Shown: piece after piece, positions 35,930 to 46,074 of the stretch | Numbering within the stretch: the stretch's first letter is position 1 | Layout of the letters: every line of letters begins with the position of its first letter | Origin: a virus | Lineage: Duplodnaviria; Caudoviricetes | Length of the DNA stretch: 61,461 bases | Reading direction: 5' to 3' (one strand) | IMG/VR virus record: IMGVR_UViG_3300026120_000001 | Span: 1-61,461 of that record | Translations under genes and position numbers: made by a program | The notes under the pieces: generated by a model | What the model was told of the DNA's origin: nothing | The model's database searches: none | The model's input: the letters and a program-made list of their open reading frames with translations, nothing else

Positions 35930-37730
35930 GATAAAAGAACAATACGTTGTTTTGGATATAGAAACAAAAACATTTGATGAAAACGTAGATCCAGAAAAAG
36001 ATGAACTTCGTTATGTTGGACTGAAAGCGTATAATGGAAACAAAGTTATATATCATTTTTCTGAATTGGAAAAAATACAAAAAGCAGTAGATTATTTTCC
36101 TATAATTGTTGGTCATAATATTTTAGAATATGACAAACCAGTTCTTGAAAGATATGGTATTGTTTTCAATAAAAAAATTATCATAGACACGCTTCAAATA
36201 GCAAGAACCAGATACAAACAAATGTTGTATATTGACCTTCCGGCCCGTGGGTATTCTCTCAGAAATCTTTGTGAACGATTTGATCTGGAATCCAAAAAAG
36301 GTGAGTTTGATTACAGCCTCCTACAAAAAGAAATATTAGAAGGTAAAGAATATGATTGGATGGCTGAATATCTATACGGAGATTTGGATTCAACTGATGA
36401 CTTATTCAAATTTAATTATAATTTGTTTTATGGATTAAAACAATTTGTGGATGATTATGGCCAACGATATATGAAGTGGTTGACTGCATCATCTGGTGCA
36501 ACTGCTTATAAAATTATATGTAACATGGCAGGACTTAAAGAAGAATATGAAGACATAGAATCCGAAGGTAAACAATATTCTGGTGGTTTCGTAAGTCTCC
36601 CTTATGTAGATGTAGCAGAAGGAAACATCTATTGTATAGACTTTGCGTCTCTTTATCCCCATATGTTTATGGGTGGTAATTTATATTCTCCAGTTCCAAA
36701 AACAAAAGGGTGGAATGGTTCTGGTATGTACCCATCAGTATATGCAAATGAATTGGACGGTTTGGTTGGTACTTATTCAAGACAAATGGGGATCATTGAA
36801 AAAACAATACAGAAATTGTATGGTATGAGAGTTGAGTCCAAAAAGAAAAAAGACAAACAGCTGACGCTCGCAATAAAAATTGTGATTAACACCATATATG
36901 GAATATCAGGATCTCCAAAATTCAAATCTGTTTATAATAAAACAACAGCCTCTGATTGTACTGCTATGGCAAGAAGAACAATTAAACACGCTAGAACCGT
37001 TCTCCAAGAAAATGGATACGAGTGTTTATACACAGACACGGATTCTGTTTATGTATTAGACCCATTTAAAAATAAAAAGAAGTTAGAAAAAATAACAGAG
37101 TTAATTTCCCAATCACAAATTGCTTCTATGAATATTCCAATCTCAACACATTTTTTTGAAATAGAAACAGATATAAAAAGAATCTATTTTTTCAAAGATG
37201 ATAAAGGTGAGTATATAAAGAAACATTATATTTATGTTACACAAGAAGGTAAAATTAAAGAGAAAGGATTGAAAATAATCAAGGGAGATTCATCCCCTTT
37301 GTCTGTTAAAGTATATAATGAATACATTAAAAAACAGATTGAAGCAAACAAATATGAAATGTATGAAGCAGAAGATCTTTATTCTGTGGTTAAAGAATTT
37401 TCTTCAAAAAACCCAGAGTTGTTAGTTAAAAGATTTCGTTCAAAACCACTGACTGAATATAAAACACCCGACGGAAAAGATGAGCCAACTTGTATGGGTT
37501 ATCAGGTGTCTAAAAAATATGGACCGGGAGAACATTATCTTGTACCAAACAAAAGAATCGGTGTAGGAAAAGGAAAAAAGTATGCGACCATTGACGAACT
37601 AAAATCTAAATATGGTGAAACTTGGACAAAACAGCTCCGCATCGATTCTTGCGTACAAGATTTATCTGAATTTATTCTTCCAAAAGATAGAAATAAAATA
37701 GAAAAATTAGACAGAAAGAGAGAGTCATGA
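35922..37730 (+). CDS. polB: family B DNA polymerase with 3'-5' exonuclease
   Basis: ExoI LDIET, ExoII GHNILEYD, motif A DFASLYP, motif B KIVINTIYG, motif C YTDTDS. Confidence 0.95.
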   Translation: MVEIKEQYVVLDIETKTFDENVDPEKDELRYVGLKAYNGNKVIYHFSELEKIQKAVDYFPIIVGHNILEYDKPVLERYGIVFNKKIIIDTLQIARTRYKQMLYIDLPARGYSLRNLCERFDLESKKGEFDYSLLQKEILEGKEYDWMAEYLYGDLDSTDDLFKFNYNLFYGLKQFVDDYGQRYMKWLTASSGATAYKIICNMAGLKEEYEDIESEGKQYSGGFVSLPYVDVAEGNIYCIDFASLYPHMFMGGNLYSPVPKTKGWNGSGMYPSVYANELDGLVGTYSRQMGIIEKTIQKLYGMRVESKKKKDKQLTLAIKIVINTIYGISGSPKFKSVYNKTTASDCTAMARRTIKHARTVLQENGYECLYTDTDSVYVLDPFKNKKKLEKITELISQSQIASMNIPISTHFFEIETDIKRIYFFKDDKGEYIKKHYIYVTQEGKIKEKGLKIIKGDSSPLSVKVYNEYIKKQIEANKYEMYEAEDLYSVVKEFSSKNPELLVKRFRSKPLTEYKTPDGKDEPTCMGYQVSKKYGPGEHYLVPNKRIGVGKGKKYATIDELKSKYGETWTKQLRIDSCVQDLSEFILPKDRNKIEKLDRKRES

Positions 37731-37945
37731 GGTATATATTTGGTTCTTTTGTTGTATTGATTTTAATACATTTTGTAGACGAATTGAATGAAATAAAATT
37801 AAACGTAAGAAAAAACAACATTATTTTACAATCAACCGTTAAGAAAACCGATTTTCATTATAATTATCAAACAGAACTTGATGATGTTAATACTTTAAAC
37901 CAAACAACAAAGGGGAAAGACAATGCCAAAACCAAAGAAGATTGA
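37727..37945 (+). CDS. small membrane-anchored protein
   Basis: hydrophobic N-terminus; coupled ORF. Confidence 0.5.
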   Translation: MRYIFGSFVVLILIHFVDELNEIKLNVRKNNIILQSTVKKTDFHYNYQTELDDVNTLNQTTKGKDNAKTKED

Positions 37946-38417
37946 TCTCAACCAGTATGAAGTGGTTTCTTCTGAAGATGATTTGATTGGGCATTCAGGG
38001 TTAATTTTAATTCCAAAGAAAAACAAGGATGGATCTCAACCACAAACTTTTTATTTTAGAAAACCGAGTGGGGTTGTTCATATTGAAGATGTTGATAATT
38101 CAGTTTGGACTAAAGATTGTAGGATTTCAACCGCTGGTTCTCAAATGGATTATATCAAAAGAGTAGAATGGTGGTTTGAAAATGCCTTGAAAGATCCAGA
38201 ATATAGAGAGATTCTTATTTCTATGTATAAGAATGCTGTTGATAATTATGGATTCAATATGAAGTATAGAATTGAGCAAACAAAAGGATGGCTTCAATCT
38301 CTTGAGGGTAGTGCTAGAAAAACTTATATTAATAAGGCCCTCATGTCTTCTATGAACCGTGGTGTCACTGCGGCAATTCGTAATTTTGAAAGGACGAACA
38401 AAAAGGAATACAAATAG
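37923..38417 (+). CDS. hypothetical protein
   Basis: 164 aa, AGGGG RBS, between polymerase and primase. Confidence 0.7.
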   Translation: MPKPKKIDLNQYEVVSSEDDLIGHSGLILIPKKNKDGSQPQTFYFRKPSGVVHIEDVDNSVWTKDCRISTAGSQMDYIKRVEWWFENALKDPEYREILISMYKNAVDNYGFNMKYRIEQTKGWLQSLEGSARKTYINKALMSSMNRGVTAAIRNFERTNKKEYK

Positions 38418-38419
38418 TT

Positions 38420-40204
38420 ATGGACTTTGATTACGTAGAGATTGTACAGAATGGTGTTTTCAACAGAGGTAATGTAGTAAAGATTCCATATTCAAATATG
38501 GATTTAGATTACTATGGAAAAAACACTGTTGATTCATATCATTCTGTATTTTTACACACACAAGAATTTAAAGATCACGTTGATAAATATGGTGATGTTG
38601 TTGACTACGAAGGAACGGTTTATTCAGATTTCTTTTATTGGGATTTGGATAACGAAAACTTAGAGGTCGCATTAAAAGACACCATAGATTTGGTTGATCG
38701 TTTGATGCTATACGACTCAACCAGAATAAGAATATATTTTTCAGGCAATAAAGGATTCCATGTTTTATATAGAGCCTTTGAACTTGAAAGATACAAAGGA
38801 ATCCCAGATTTTAACCTTCTTGTTAAATCTTTTTGTTCCCGTGCTGCTAGTGGAATTGTGAGTTTCGATAGACGAATCTATGATAAAACTAGAATTTTTA
38901 GAACAGCCAACGGGATGAATGGTAAAACTGGATTGTATAAAATCCCAATTACTTGGGAACAATTGAATGATGGATTGGATGAAATAAAGACATTAGCATC
39001 AAACCAACAGAGGCTTGAATATCCTCCATATAATGAACAACCAAATAAAGATATAATTGAGATATTAGAAGATTGTGCATCGGGTGATATCGTAGACCAA
39101 AAAAGGAGTCAATATAGAGGAAATGAAATTATTGAAAAAATCCTTGGTGGATTTTCAAAAGGAGAACGAAACAGTGGACTTGCGTCTATATGTGGAATGT
39201 TTCACTCTAGAAATATTGATGAAAACATCATCTTGGCTGTTGCACAAAGTATCAACAACTCTTCGAGCAACCCACTGTCTGATAGTGAGGTCGAAAGAAT
39301 AGTTTCATCTGTGTCTAGATATCCAGTAGCTGAAGAATATAAGCCAATTGAAGAGGACGAGATAGTGTCTATGGCCGATGCTTCAAAAGCGTGGGTTGAT
39401 ATTTTTACTAAATATGGTGAAAATTCTTTCGGTTCTAGATTTCCTCATATTAATAATGAAACAAAGTTATTAATACCCGGAGATGTAATAGCTGTTGTGG
39501 CTGCTTCCGGTGTTGGTAAATCAACTATTGGTATGGAACTTGGAAATGGTGAGGCGTTAGAGCAAGATGGATTAAGTCTATTTGCCAGTTTGGAAATGTC
39601 TAAAGCTGGTGTGTTCTTTAGAGCCGCAACTATTGAATCAGAACCAGATGAGAGCGGATTGGTTCCAAGTTCCGATGTGGCTAAAAAAATAGTGAATGAT
39701 TATAAATTCAGACAAGAGGTCGCCAAAACTTGGGAAAAAGTATTTATAGTAGATAAGGGGGGTATTTCATTAAAAAAGATAGAAAAATATTTTATAAAAG
39801 CTCAAGAAAAACACGGGGGTAGATTTACAAACCTTGTTATTGATTATGCTCAGAACATAGAGAATGCAGAGGATGTGTCTTATTCAATGAAAATGGCTAG
39901 AGAATTTAAAACTTTAGCTAAAAGATTAAATACAAAGATTATTCTTTTATTACAAACAAATAAAACATGTCCAAACGAATATGTGGAAGTTCAACCCCAT
40001 TACATTGAAGGTGTTGGTGCTTATAAACAAGCCTGTGATTATATATTTGGTTTCTGGCGCAGTGAATCAGATAGTACCAGACTTCATGCAAAAGCAATTA
40101 AGACGAGATGGGGTGACTTTGGTAAAAAGTTTGACATGATTAGATACGGTTTGAAGTATTCTACCACAGATTACTTTAATGAGGAAGCCGGAGGTTATTT
40201 ATAA
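38420..40204 (+). CDS. AEP-type primase / PriCT / DnaB-like helicase fusion
   Basis: WDLD, FSGNKGFH, RIFR..NG.N.K; GERNS...NPLSDSEV..IV.S (PriCT-1); AASGVGKS, FASLEMS, VIDY, LLQ. Confidence 0.85.
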   Translation: MDFDYVEIVQNGVFNRGNVVKIPYSNMDLDYYGKNTVDSYHSVFLHTQEFKDHVDKYGDVVDYEGTVYSDFFYWDLDNENLEVALKDTIDLVDRLMLYDSTRIRIYFSGNKGFHVLYRAFELERYKGIPDFNLLVKSFCSRAASGIVSFDRRIYDKTRIFRTANGMNGKTGLYKIPITWEQLNDGLDEIKTLASNQQRLEYPPYNEQPNKDIIEILEDCASGDIVDQKRSQYRGNEIIEKILGGFSKGERNSGLASICGMFHSRNIDENIILAVAQSINNSSSNPLSDSEVERIVSSVSRYPVAEEYKPIEEDEIVSMADASKAWVDIFTKYGENSFGSRFPHINNETKLLIPGDVIAVVAASGVGKSTIGMELGNGEALEQDGLSLFASLEMSKAGVFFRAATIESEPDESGLVPSSDVAKKIVNDYKFRQEVAKTWEKVFIVDKGGISLKKIEKYFIKAQEKHGGRFTNLVIDYAQNIENAEDVSYSMKMAREFKTLAKRLNTKIILLLQTNKTCPNEYVEVQPHYIEGVGAYKQACDYIFGFWRSESDSTRLHAKAIKTRWGDFGKKFDMIRYGLKYSTTDYFNEEAGGYL

Positions 40205-40464
40205 TGGATGAAATCAAAACGAAGAAATGTGAAACTTGTGGTGAAGAATACCAATATTCTTCTGATGAGGAATTGAAAACATTTTTTTATTACAAAAAAA
40301 CACATTCTGGTAATTATTTTAGAAACACATGTATTCCATGTGAAAGAGATCAAAAAAGAAAAAAATACAAAGAAGGAAAATACAATTATAAGAAAAAAAG
40401 AGAATATGATTATTTTTCAGGTATATCTGTAAACACGAGTAATAGGAATGCGTGGTATGATTGA
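40204..40464 (+). CDS. zinc-finger protein
   Basis: KKCETCG...FY......RNTCIPC. Confidence 0.6.
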   Translation: MDEIKTKKCETCGEEYQYSSDEELKTFFYYKKTHSGNYFRNTCIPCERDQKRKKYKEGKYNYKKKREYDYFSGISVNTSNRNAWYD

Positions 40465-40500
40465 TTATAAAGTGGTTGTTTCAGAATAGGAATTACCCAG

Positions 40501-40854
40501 ATGAAGACTTCGAGCGCTAAGTCAAAAGGAAGAAGACTACAACAGTGGGTTGTAGAACGCATTATAAGAGCCTTCCCAGACCTTTCACCAAAGGATGTGG
40601 TATCTGTACCAATGGGCGTAAACGATACAGATATAAGGCTCTCAGAGGCCGCTCAGGAGATGTTTAACTTTGCGGTTGAATGTAAGAACACAGAGAGATT
40701 AGATCTCTGGAAATCCCTCAAACAATGTGAAAATGAAAAACGTGAAGGTGTTCCTCTTTTAGTATTTAAACGGAATAGGAGTGATGTTTATTGTGTGTTG
40801 AAGTTTGATGATCTAATAAATATTTTAAAAGGAGAAGAAAATGAGTCATTATAA
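40501..40854 (+). CDS. Holliday junction resolvase-like PD-(D/E)XK nuclease
   Basis: SAKSKGRRLQ, MG...DI, AVECKN.E, PLLVFKRNR. Confidence 0.8.
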   Translation: MKTSSAKSKGRRLQQWVVERIIRAFPDLSPKDVVSVPMGVNDTDIRLSEAAQEMFNFAVECKNTERLDLWKSLKQCENEKREGVPLLVFKRNRSDVYCVLKFDDLINILKGEENESL

Positions 40855-41524
40855 AACTGGAAACATTCTGGTTATTCCAGATTTACACATTCCAGCAGAT
40901 AGAGATAATTTTTTGGATTTTATTATAGATGTTAAAAAGAAATACAAATGTGATTATTTTTATTCTGTTGGAGATATGTTTGATTTTCATGGTATGTCTT
41001 ATCATGAAAAAGAAACTGAATATCCAAGTATAAGTGAGGAAGTAAAGAAAGCAAGAAAGAAGATAGTTCCTTGGAAAAAAGCATTTAAAAAACTAAATAT
41101 TTGTATTGGTAATCATGATCTTCTTATTTACAGGAAAGCTAAAACACACGGATTTTCCAAAGAATTTATAAAAACTTGGAATGAAATATTTGATCTACCA
41201 GATTCTTGGGTGTGGGAAAGAAATTTCACATACAATAACATCTTGTTTATGCATGGAATTGGATTTTCTGGTAAATACCCATATGCAAATGCAATGGAAA
41301 GACATCGTATGAATGTTGTTATGGGACACACACATTCATCAGCAGGTGTGTATTATTCAGCATCACAAAAAGACCTACTTTGGGGTATGGGTGTTGGTTG
41401 TGGTGTTGATGATGAGAAAGTTGTTTTTGAATATGGTCAAGAGTATCCACGCAAATCTATTATTTCTTGTGGTGTTATTTTAGAAAATGGTAGAGTTCCA
41501 CTTGTAATACCAATGGAGTTGTGA
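40841..41524 (+). CDS. calcineurin-like metallophosphoesterase
   Basis: DLH, GD.FD, GNHD, HG, GHTH. Confidence 0.9.
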   Translation: MSHYKTGNILVIPDLHIPADRDNFLDFIIDVKKKYKCDYFYSVGDMFDFHGMSYHEKETEYPSISEEVKKARKKIVPWKKAFKKLNICIGNHDLLIYRKAKTHGFSKEFIKTWNEIFDLPDSWVWERNFTYNNILFMHGIGFSGKYPYANAMERHRMNVVMGHTHSSAGVYYSASQKDLLWGMGVGCGVDDEKVVFEYGQEYPRKSIISCGVILENGRVPLVIPMEL

Positions 41525-41525
41525 T

Positions 41526-41711
41526 ATGGAAAAGTTGTTCGCCTGTTTGACTATTACTTTTATTTTTATATGTTGTATAATTGCGGTTATAGATATTGCA
41601 GATGGTAATGAATACAAGAAAGGACAGATAGACGCTTTGACTGGAAAAATTAAATACCATCTGGTTGTAAATTCAGATAGTACAAAAACATGGGAATTGA
41701 TAATAAAATGA
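41526..41711 (+). CDS. small membrane protein
   Basis: N-terminal TM, YKKGQIDALTG. Confidence 0.55.
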   Translation: MEKLFACLTITFIFICCIIAVIDIADGNEYKKGQIDALTGKIKYHLVVNSDSTKTWELIIK

Positions 41712-41893
41712 AAATAATGTGTCCAAGCTGCCGTAATGATTATTTAGAACATGATCATAATGAAAATTTATATGGTACTATTTTTTCTGTGTATGATTGT
41801 CCAGATTGTGGTGAACAACTATATATTCTAAAGGATAATGAATATGACACTTATATATTGAGGGATTCGCATGAAAGGAGTGATGATGAATAA
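41708..41893 (+). CDS. small zinc-ribbon protein
   Basis: CPSC...CPDCG. Confidence 0.55.
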   Translation: MKIMCPSCRNDYLEHDHNENLYGTIFSVYDCPDCGEQLYILKDNEYDTYILRDSHERSDDE

Positions 41894-43751
41894 ATCGATC
41901 AACGCGCTGTCTGATTTAACTATCTTTTCTAAATATGCTAGACACCTCCAACAATTAAAAAGAAGAGAATCGTGGGAGGAAATTGTATATAGAAATTTGA
42001 ATATGCACATAAAAAGATTTCCAGAACTTTCAGATGAAATCATGGATGTGTACGGTTGTGTTTTAAATAAAAACGGGTTGCCTTCAATGAGGTCAGCACA
42101 ATTTGCTGGTCCTGCTATTGAACTCAATCATGCTAGAATGTATAATTGTGCGTATCTTCCAATATCAGAGATAGAAGCATTTCAAGAAACTATGTTTCTA
42201 CTACTCGGGGGTACGGGTGTTGGTTACAGTGTACAAAAACACCATGTGTCTCAATTACCACCAATTATTGGACCTTCAAATAAGACAAAGAAATATGTTA
42301 TTGGGGACTCTATTGTTGGGTGGGCGGATGCGGTAAAATTTTTAGTTAGTGCTTATTTTAAAGGAAAACCAATGCCAAGGTTTGACTTTAGTGATATTAG
42401 ACCAAAGGGGTCTTTGTTAATAACGGCTGGTGGCAAAGCTCCTGGTCCAGCCCCACTAAAAACCTGTCTGCATAAAATAAAACAAGTTTTCGATAAATCC
42501 ATTGAAGAACGTGGTTTGGGCACATCATTGAAACCAATTGAGGTGCATGATATCAATTGTCATATTGCAGATGCCGTGTTATCTGGTGGAATTCGTAGAG
42601 CCGCTATGATATCTTTGTTTTCATATGATGATAAGGAAATGCTTGAATGTAAGTTCGGTGATTGGTATTCAACGAATCCACAAAGAGCCCGAGCAAACAA
42701 TAGTGTTGTTATGGTTCGTAATAAAGCCAACAAAAAACATTTTGATTGGGTTTGGGAACGAGTAAGAGTCAGTGGTTCGGGTGAGCCCGGTATTTATTGG
42801 ACAAACGATAAAAATTTGGGTGCTAATCCTTGTTGTGAAATAAGTTTGAAACCATATCAATTTTGTAATCTTACAACGGTTAATGGATCAACTGTAGAAA
42901 CACAAGAGGAATTGAACCGTAGAGTTTACTGTACTTCTTTTATTGGAACCCTTCAGGCATCATATACAGATTTTCATTATTTAAGAGACTGTTGGAAAGA
43001 GACGACAGAAGAAGAGGCTCTTATTGGTGTGAGTATAACAGGAATTGGTTCTGGTAAATTGGAAAAAATGGATTTAAAAGAATCGGCGAGTATCGCTGTT
43101 CATACTAATAATGATGTTGCAAAACGTATTGGTATTAATTCAGCAGCGAGAATAACAACAATCAAACCTGAAGGTAGTGGGTCGTTGGTAGTTGGTAGTT
43201 CCTCTGGAATCCATGCTTGGCACGCACCTTATTATATTAGAAGGATGGGTTTTAATAAGGACGAATCAATATATCAATATTTAAAGAGGGCTATACCCCA
43301 TTTGGTTGAAGATAATTTCTTTAAACCTGAATCTGAGGCGTTTGTTTTCATTCCAATTAAAGCACCAGATGGTGCAATATTTAGAGATGAATCAGCGTTG
43401 TCTTTATTAGAAAGAACAAAAAGATTTCATTTAGAATGGATTAAACCCGGCCATATAAATGGGATTAATACAAACAATGTTTCTGTTACTGTTAATATTA
43501 AAGACCACGAGTGGGATTCTGTTGGTAAGTGGATGTGGGAAAATCGTAATAGTTACAACGGAATTGCAGTTTTACCTTATGATGGCGGTACTTATGTACA
43601 AGCACCCTTTGAGGAAATAACTAAAGAAAGGTACGAAGAACTTTCACAACATGTAAGAAACATCGATTTAACTAAGGTCATTGAAGAAATCGATAATACT
43701 AATTTGAAAGGAGAACTTGCGTGTGCTGGTGGTACGTGTGAGATAATTTAA
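41871..43751 (+). CDS. nrdJ: class II (B12-dependent) ribonucleotide reductase, monomeric RTPR type
   Basis: YNC, GGTGVG, GGIRRAA, NPCCEI, TIKPEG, C-terminal CAGGTCE; no beta subunit gene. Confidence 0.92.
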   Translation: MKGVMMNKSINALSDLTIFSKYARHLQQLKRRESWEEIVYRNLNMHIKRFPELSDEIMDVYGCVLNKNGLPSMRSAQFAGPAIELNHARMYNCAYLPISEIEAFQETMFLLLGGTGVGYSVQKHHVSQLPPIIGPSNKTKKYVIGDSIVGWADAVKFLVSAYFKGKPMPRFDFSDIRPKGSLLITAGGKAPGPAPLKTCLHKIKQVFDKSIEERGLGTSLKPIEVHDINCHIADAVLSGGIRRAAMISLFSYDDKEMLECKFGDWYSTNPQRARANNSVVMVRNKANKKHFDWVWERVRVSGSGEPGIYWTNDKNLGANPCCEISLKPYQFCNLTTVNGSTVETQEELNRRVYCTSFIGTLQASYTDFHYLRDCWKETTEEEALIGVSITGIGSGKLEKMDLKESASIAVHTNNDVAKRIGINSAARITTIKPEGSGSLVVGSSSGIHAWHAPYYIRRMGFNKDESIYQYLKRAIPHLVEDNFFKPESEAFVFIPIKAPDGAIFRDESALSLLERTKRFHLEWIKPGHINGINTNNVSVTVNIKDHEWDSVGKWMWENRNSYNGIAVLPYDGGTYVQAPFEEITKERYEELSQHVRNIDLTKVIEEIDNTNLKGELACAGGTCEII

Positions 43752-43911
43752 AATGAAATATATAATATATGCTATTTTTTTAGCTACACTATTATGGGGA
43801 TTTAAAGGCATTCAAAATAGATTGGATGCCTTAATTTTCCTCAATTTGGAACAGTTGAAAACACACCAAAGAAGTTCTATATAAAAACAATAAACTTATA
43901 TTGGAGAAAAA

Positions 43912-44343
43912 ATGACTCTTAATGTAAAGTTCAAAAAGCTAAACAAAAATGCAGTAACACCAAGTTATTCCAAACCCGGAGATGCCGGTCTTGACCTTAC
44001 TGCTGTAGATGTTCTTCATGATCCAGCAGCAGGAATGATAGAGTATGATACTGGAATTGCTGTGGAAATACCAGAAGGGTATGTTGGCCTGCTGTTCCCA
44101 CGAAGCTCTGTTTCAAATAAACCCCTGTTTTTAAGTAACTCAGTGGGCGTTTTAGACAGCTCGTATCGAGGACCAATCAAATTTAAGTATCGTCTTCTAA
44201 ACACACGACAGACCCACTATGTGGCTGGGGAACGTATTGGACAACTCGTTATACTACCCAACCCAAAAGTGAGCTTAGAAGAGGTCTCAGAGCTGTCTGA
44301 GAGTGAACGTGGGTCTGGTGGCTTTGGGAGTACGGGAGCTTGA
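43912..44343 (+). CDS. dut: trimeric dUTPase
   Basis: AGLDL, PRSS, GVLDSSYRG, RIGQL, RGSGGFGSTG. Confidence 0.97.
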   Translation: MTLNVKFKKLNKNAVTPSYSKPGDAGLDLTAVDVLHDPAAGMIEYDTGIAVEIPEGYVGLLFPRSSVSNKPLFLSNSVGVLDSSYRGPIKFKYRLLNTRQTHYVAGERIGQLVILPNPKVSLEEVSELSESERGSGGFGSTGA

Positions 44344-44828
44344 TGATGGACGATATAACATACAGTAAAAATACACAATGTCCTAATTGTGGGCGCACAA
44401 CACAATTGGGACATTATATTTGTCCCCGTTGTATACAACTAATATATAACTATCACTCAACGTCGGGAGAAACGCCAGTGTCCTCAGAAACCTTTAAACC
44501 AGAAGAAAACGGTGTTAAGTATGACGGAGGTAAACTAAGATGGAATCTCATTTGTTTCAAGTTACTAAAACCAATGCTTGAGGTTCTGATGTTTGGGGCA
44601 AAGAAATATGCTCCCGGGAATTATCAGAAAGTAGATAACCCAGAAGAGCGCTACTACGAAGCGGCGACAAGACACTTATTTGAACTCCAGAATGTTGATG
44701 GGACACTCTCTATTAACCGTGTTGACTCTGAGTCTGGACTGCCCCACCTTGCTCACGCACAGTGTTGTTTGTATTTTCTCGAATATTTTAGACAGAGGGG
44801 GCTAAAAAATGAAAACTCTCTACTGTGA
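44340..44828 (+). CDS. dATP/dGTP diphosphohydrolase-domain (DUF5664-like) protein with N-terminal Zn ribbon
   Basis: GVKYDGGKLRW.L, VL.FGAKKY...NY, AA.RHL, DSESGLPHLAHA. Confidence 0.85.
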   Translation: MMMDDITYSKNTQCPNCGRTTQLGHYICPRCIQLIYNYHSTSGETPVSSETFKPEENGVKYDGGKLRWNLICFKLLKPMLEVLMFGAKKYAPGNYQKVDNPEERYYEAATRHLFELQNVDGTLSINRVDSESGLPHLAHAQCCLYFLEYFRQRGLKNENSLL

Positions 44829-45297
44829 TCTTGATGAAGTATTATGTGACTTTTCCGGTGGGTACAAAAAACTCACCGGAATGCATATAGCAGATGCGGT
44901 ATGGACCTATGGAGAAGATTGGGCATGGAAACAGATAGAAGATTATGGCAAATATGATTTCTGGTTTAATCTAAAACCAACAGATTGGTATTGGTTGTTG
45001 TGGCAAAAAATCAAACAATACAAACCAAAAATCTTAACATCTCCCGGATGGGATAAGCATGGTGAGGTAGCATGTGCTAAAAAGAAATGGGTCCATAAGT
45101 ACCTCGATCCTTCTATACTGGTCATTGTAGACAACAACAAGAGCCAGTATTCAACAATCAGATCTATGTTAATAGATGATCGCTATAAGAACAGGTGTGA
45201 TTGGTATGCTAAAGGAGGCCATACTGTTTGTATACATAACTATGAAACAATGACTAAAGAGCTTCCACAAATTAAGGAGTTTATGGATGGATATTAA
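44809..45297 (+). CDS. HAD-family 5'(3')-nucleotidase
   Basis: DLDEVLCDF, ILTS, K..W, LIDD. Confidence 0.85.
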   Translation: MKTLYCDLDEVLCDFSGGYKKLTGMHIADAVWTYGEDWAWKQIEDYGKYDFWFNLKPTDWYWLLWQKIKQYKPKILTSPGWDKHGEVACAKKKWVHKYLDPSILVIVDNNKSQYSTIRSMLIDDRYKNRCDWYAKGGHTVCIHNYETMTKELPQIKEFMDGY

Positions 45298-45874
45298 AAC
45301 GCTCGAGGTGGCTGGATTTCCATCGTCGTTTAAAGCAATGCGACTGCCTAAGAGGTCTGATGATAAGTCAGACAGTAGGTTTGTTGATTATATAGAGGAA
45401 TGGGGTAATTGTGATGAAGATCCAAATACTGTATGGTCAACCGATGATGGTTATAATGTTTATGTTGTTGGGGTTAACGACCTCAAACTTGCTCAGAAGC
45501 TCATATTAGCAGGTGCAGAGCACGCAAAGTTTATAAGGGGTATCACAGTATGGGTAGAGGTTACAGGGCCTTGGTACTGGTTCAATGAGCTTGATACATA
45601 CTGTGTTGGTCGCACCCCACTATCGTCAACCAGCTCTATGCACGTTGATTGTAGGGGATTAACAGGAGAGGAACTACAAAAAACCAAAGGGAATATACGT
45701 GGTGATTATGAGTATACCAGAATATTCTCAGTTAATTATCAATGTTTGAGAAATATATACTTCCAAAGGAGGAATCACAGATTACCGGAATGGCATCAAT
45801 TTTGTGGGTGGATTGAAACACTCCCGATGTCTGAAACTTTAATTACTATTAAAAAGGAGAAACAAAATGGTTGA
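45287..45874 (+). CDS. divergent ThyX-like (flavin-dependent thymidylate synthase-like) protein
   Basis: HAKF.R, ELDTY..G, S.SSMH, NYQCLRNIY.QR..HRLPEW..FC; canonical RHR motif not evident. Confidence 0.5.
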   Translation: MDIKTLEVAGFPSSFKAMRLPKRSDDKSDSRFVDYIEEWGNCDEDPNTVWSTDDGYNVYVVGVNDLKLAQKLILAGAEHAKFIRGITVWVEVTGPWYWFNELDTYCVGRTPLSSTSSMHVDCRGLTGEELQKTKGNIRGDYEYTRIFSVNYQCLRNIYFQRRNHRLPEWHQFCGWIETLPMSETLITIKKEKQNG

Positions 45875-46074
45875 AGCTAACTATTACTGTGAAAAATGCA
45901 CAACTGAAAAAGGACTTGAGGTTGACCAAGAACTGTATCAATCTGGATATGGTGGATATTGCGATTGTTGTGGTGTTTGCGATGTATTTTATTCAATGGT
46001 GATTATAGAAGATGGTTGAAATACCAATTATAATAATAGGAATTATAATTTTATTCGTATATATAAGTAAACAA

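Larger units (their letters stand above)
33211..35930 (+). mobile_element. GC-richer accessory island resembling a gene-cassette array with attC-like sites (no integrase in window)
   Basis: compositional shift; hairpin sites at 33357-33528 and 34213-34260; orphan left arms near 33890 and 35703; repeated CGCTGGAGA leader. Confidence 0.45.

Noticed and set aside
35922-43751. Inteins or introns in PolB, helicase or NrdJ
   Set aside because: Protein lengths are compact and catalytic motifs contiguous; no intein or homing endonuclease signatures seen.
44340-44828. 2-aminoadenine (Z) or 7-deazaguanine genome
   Set aside because: No PurZ, DpdA or QueC/D/FolE-like ORF is recognisable in the window.
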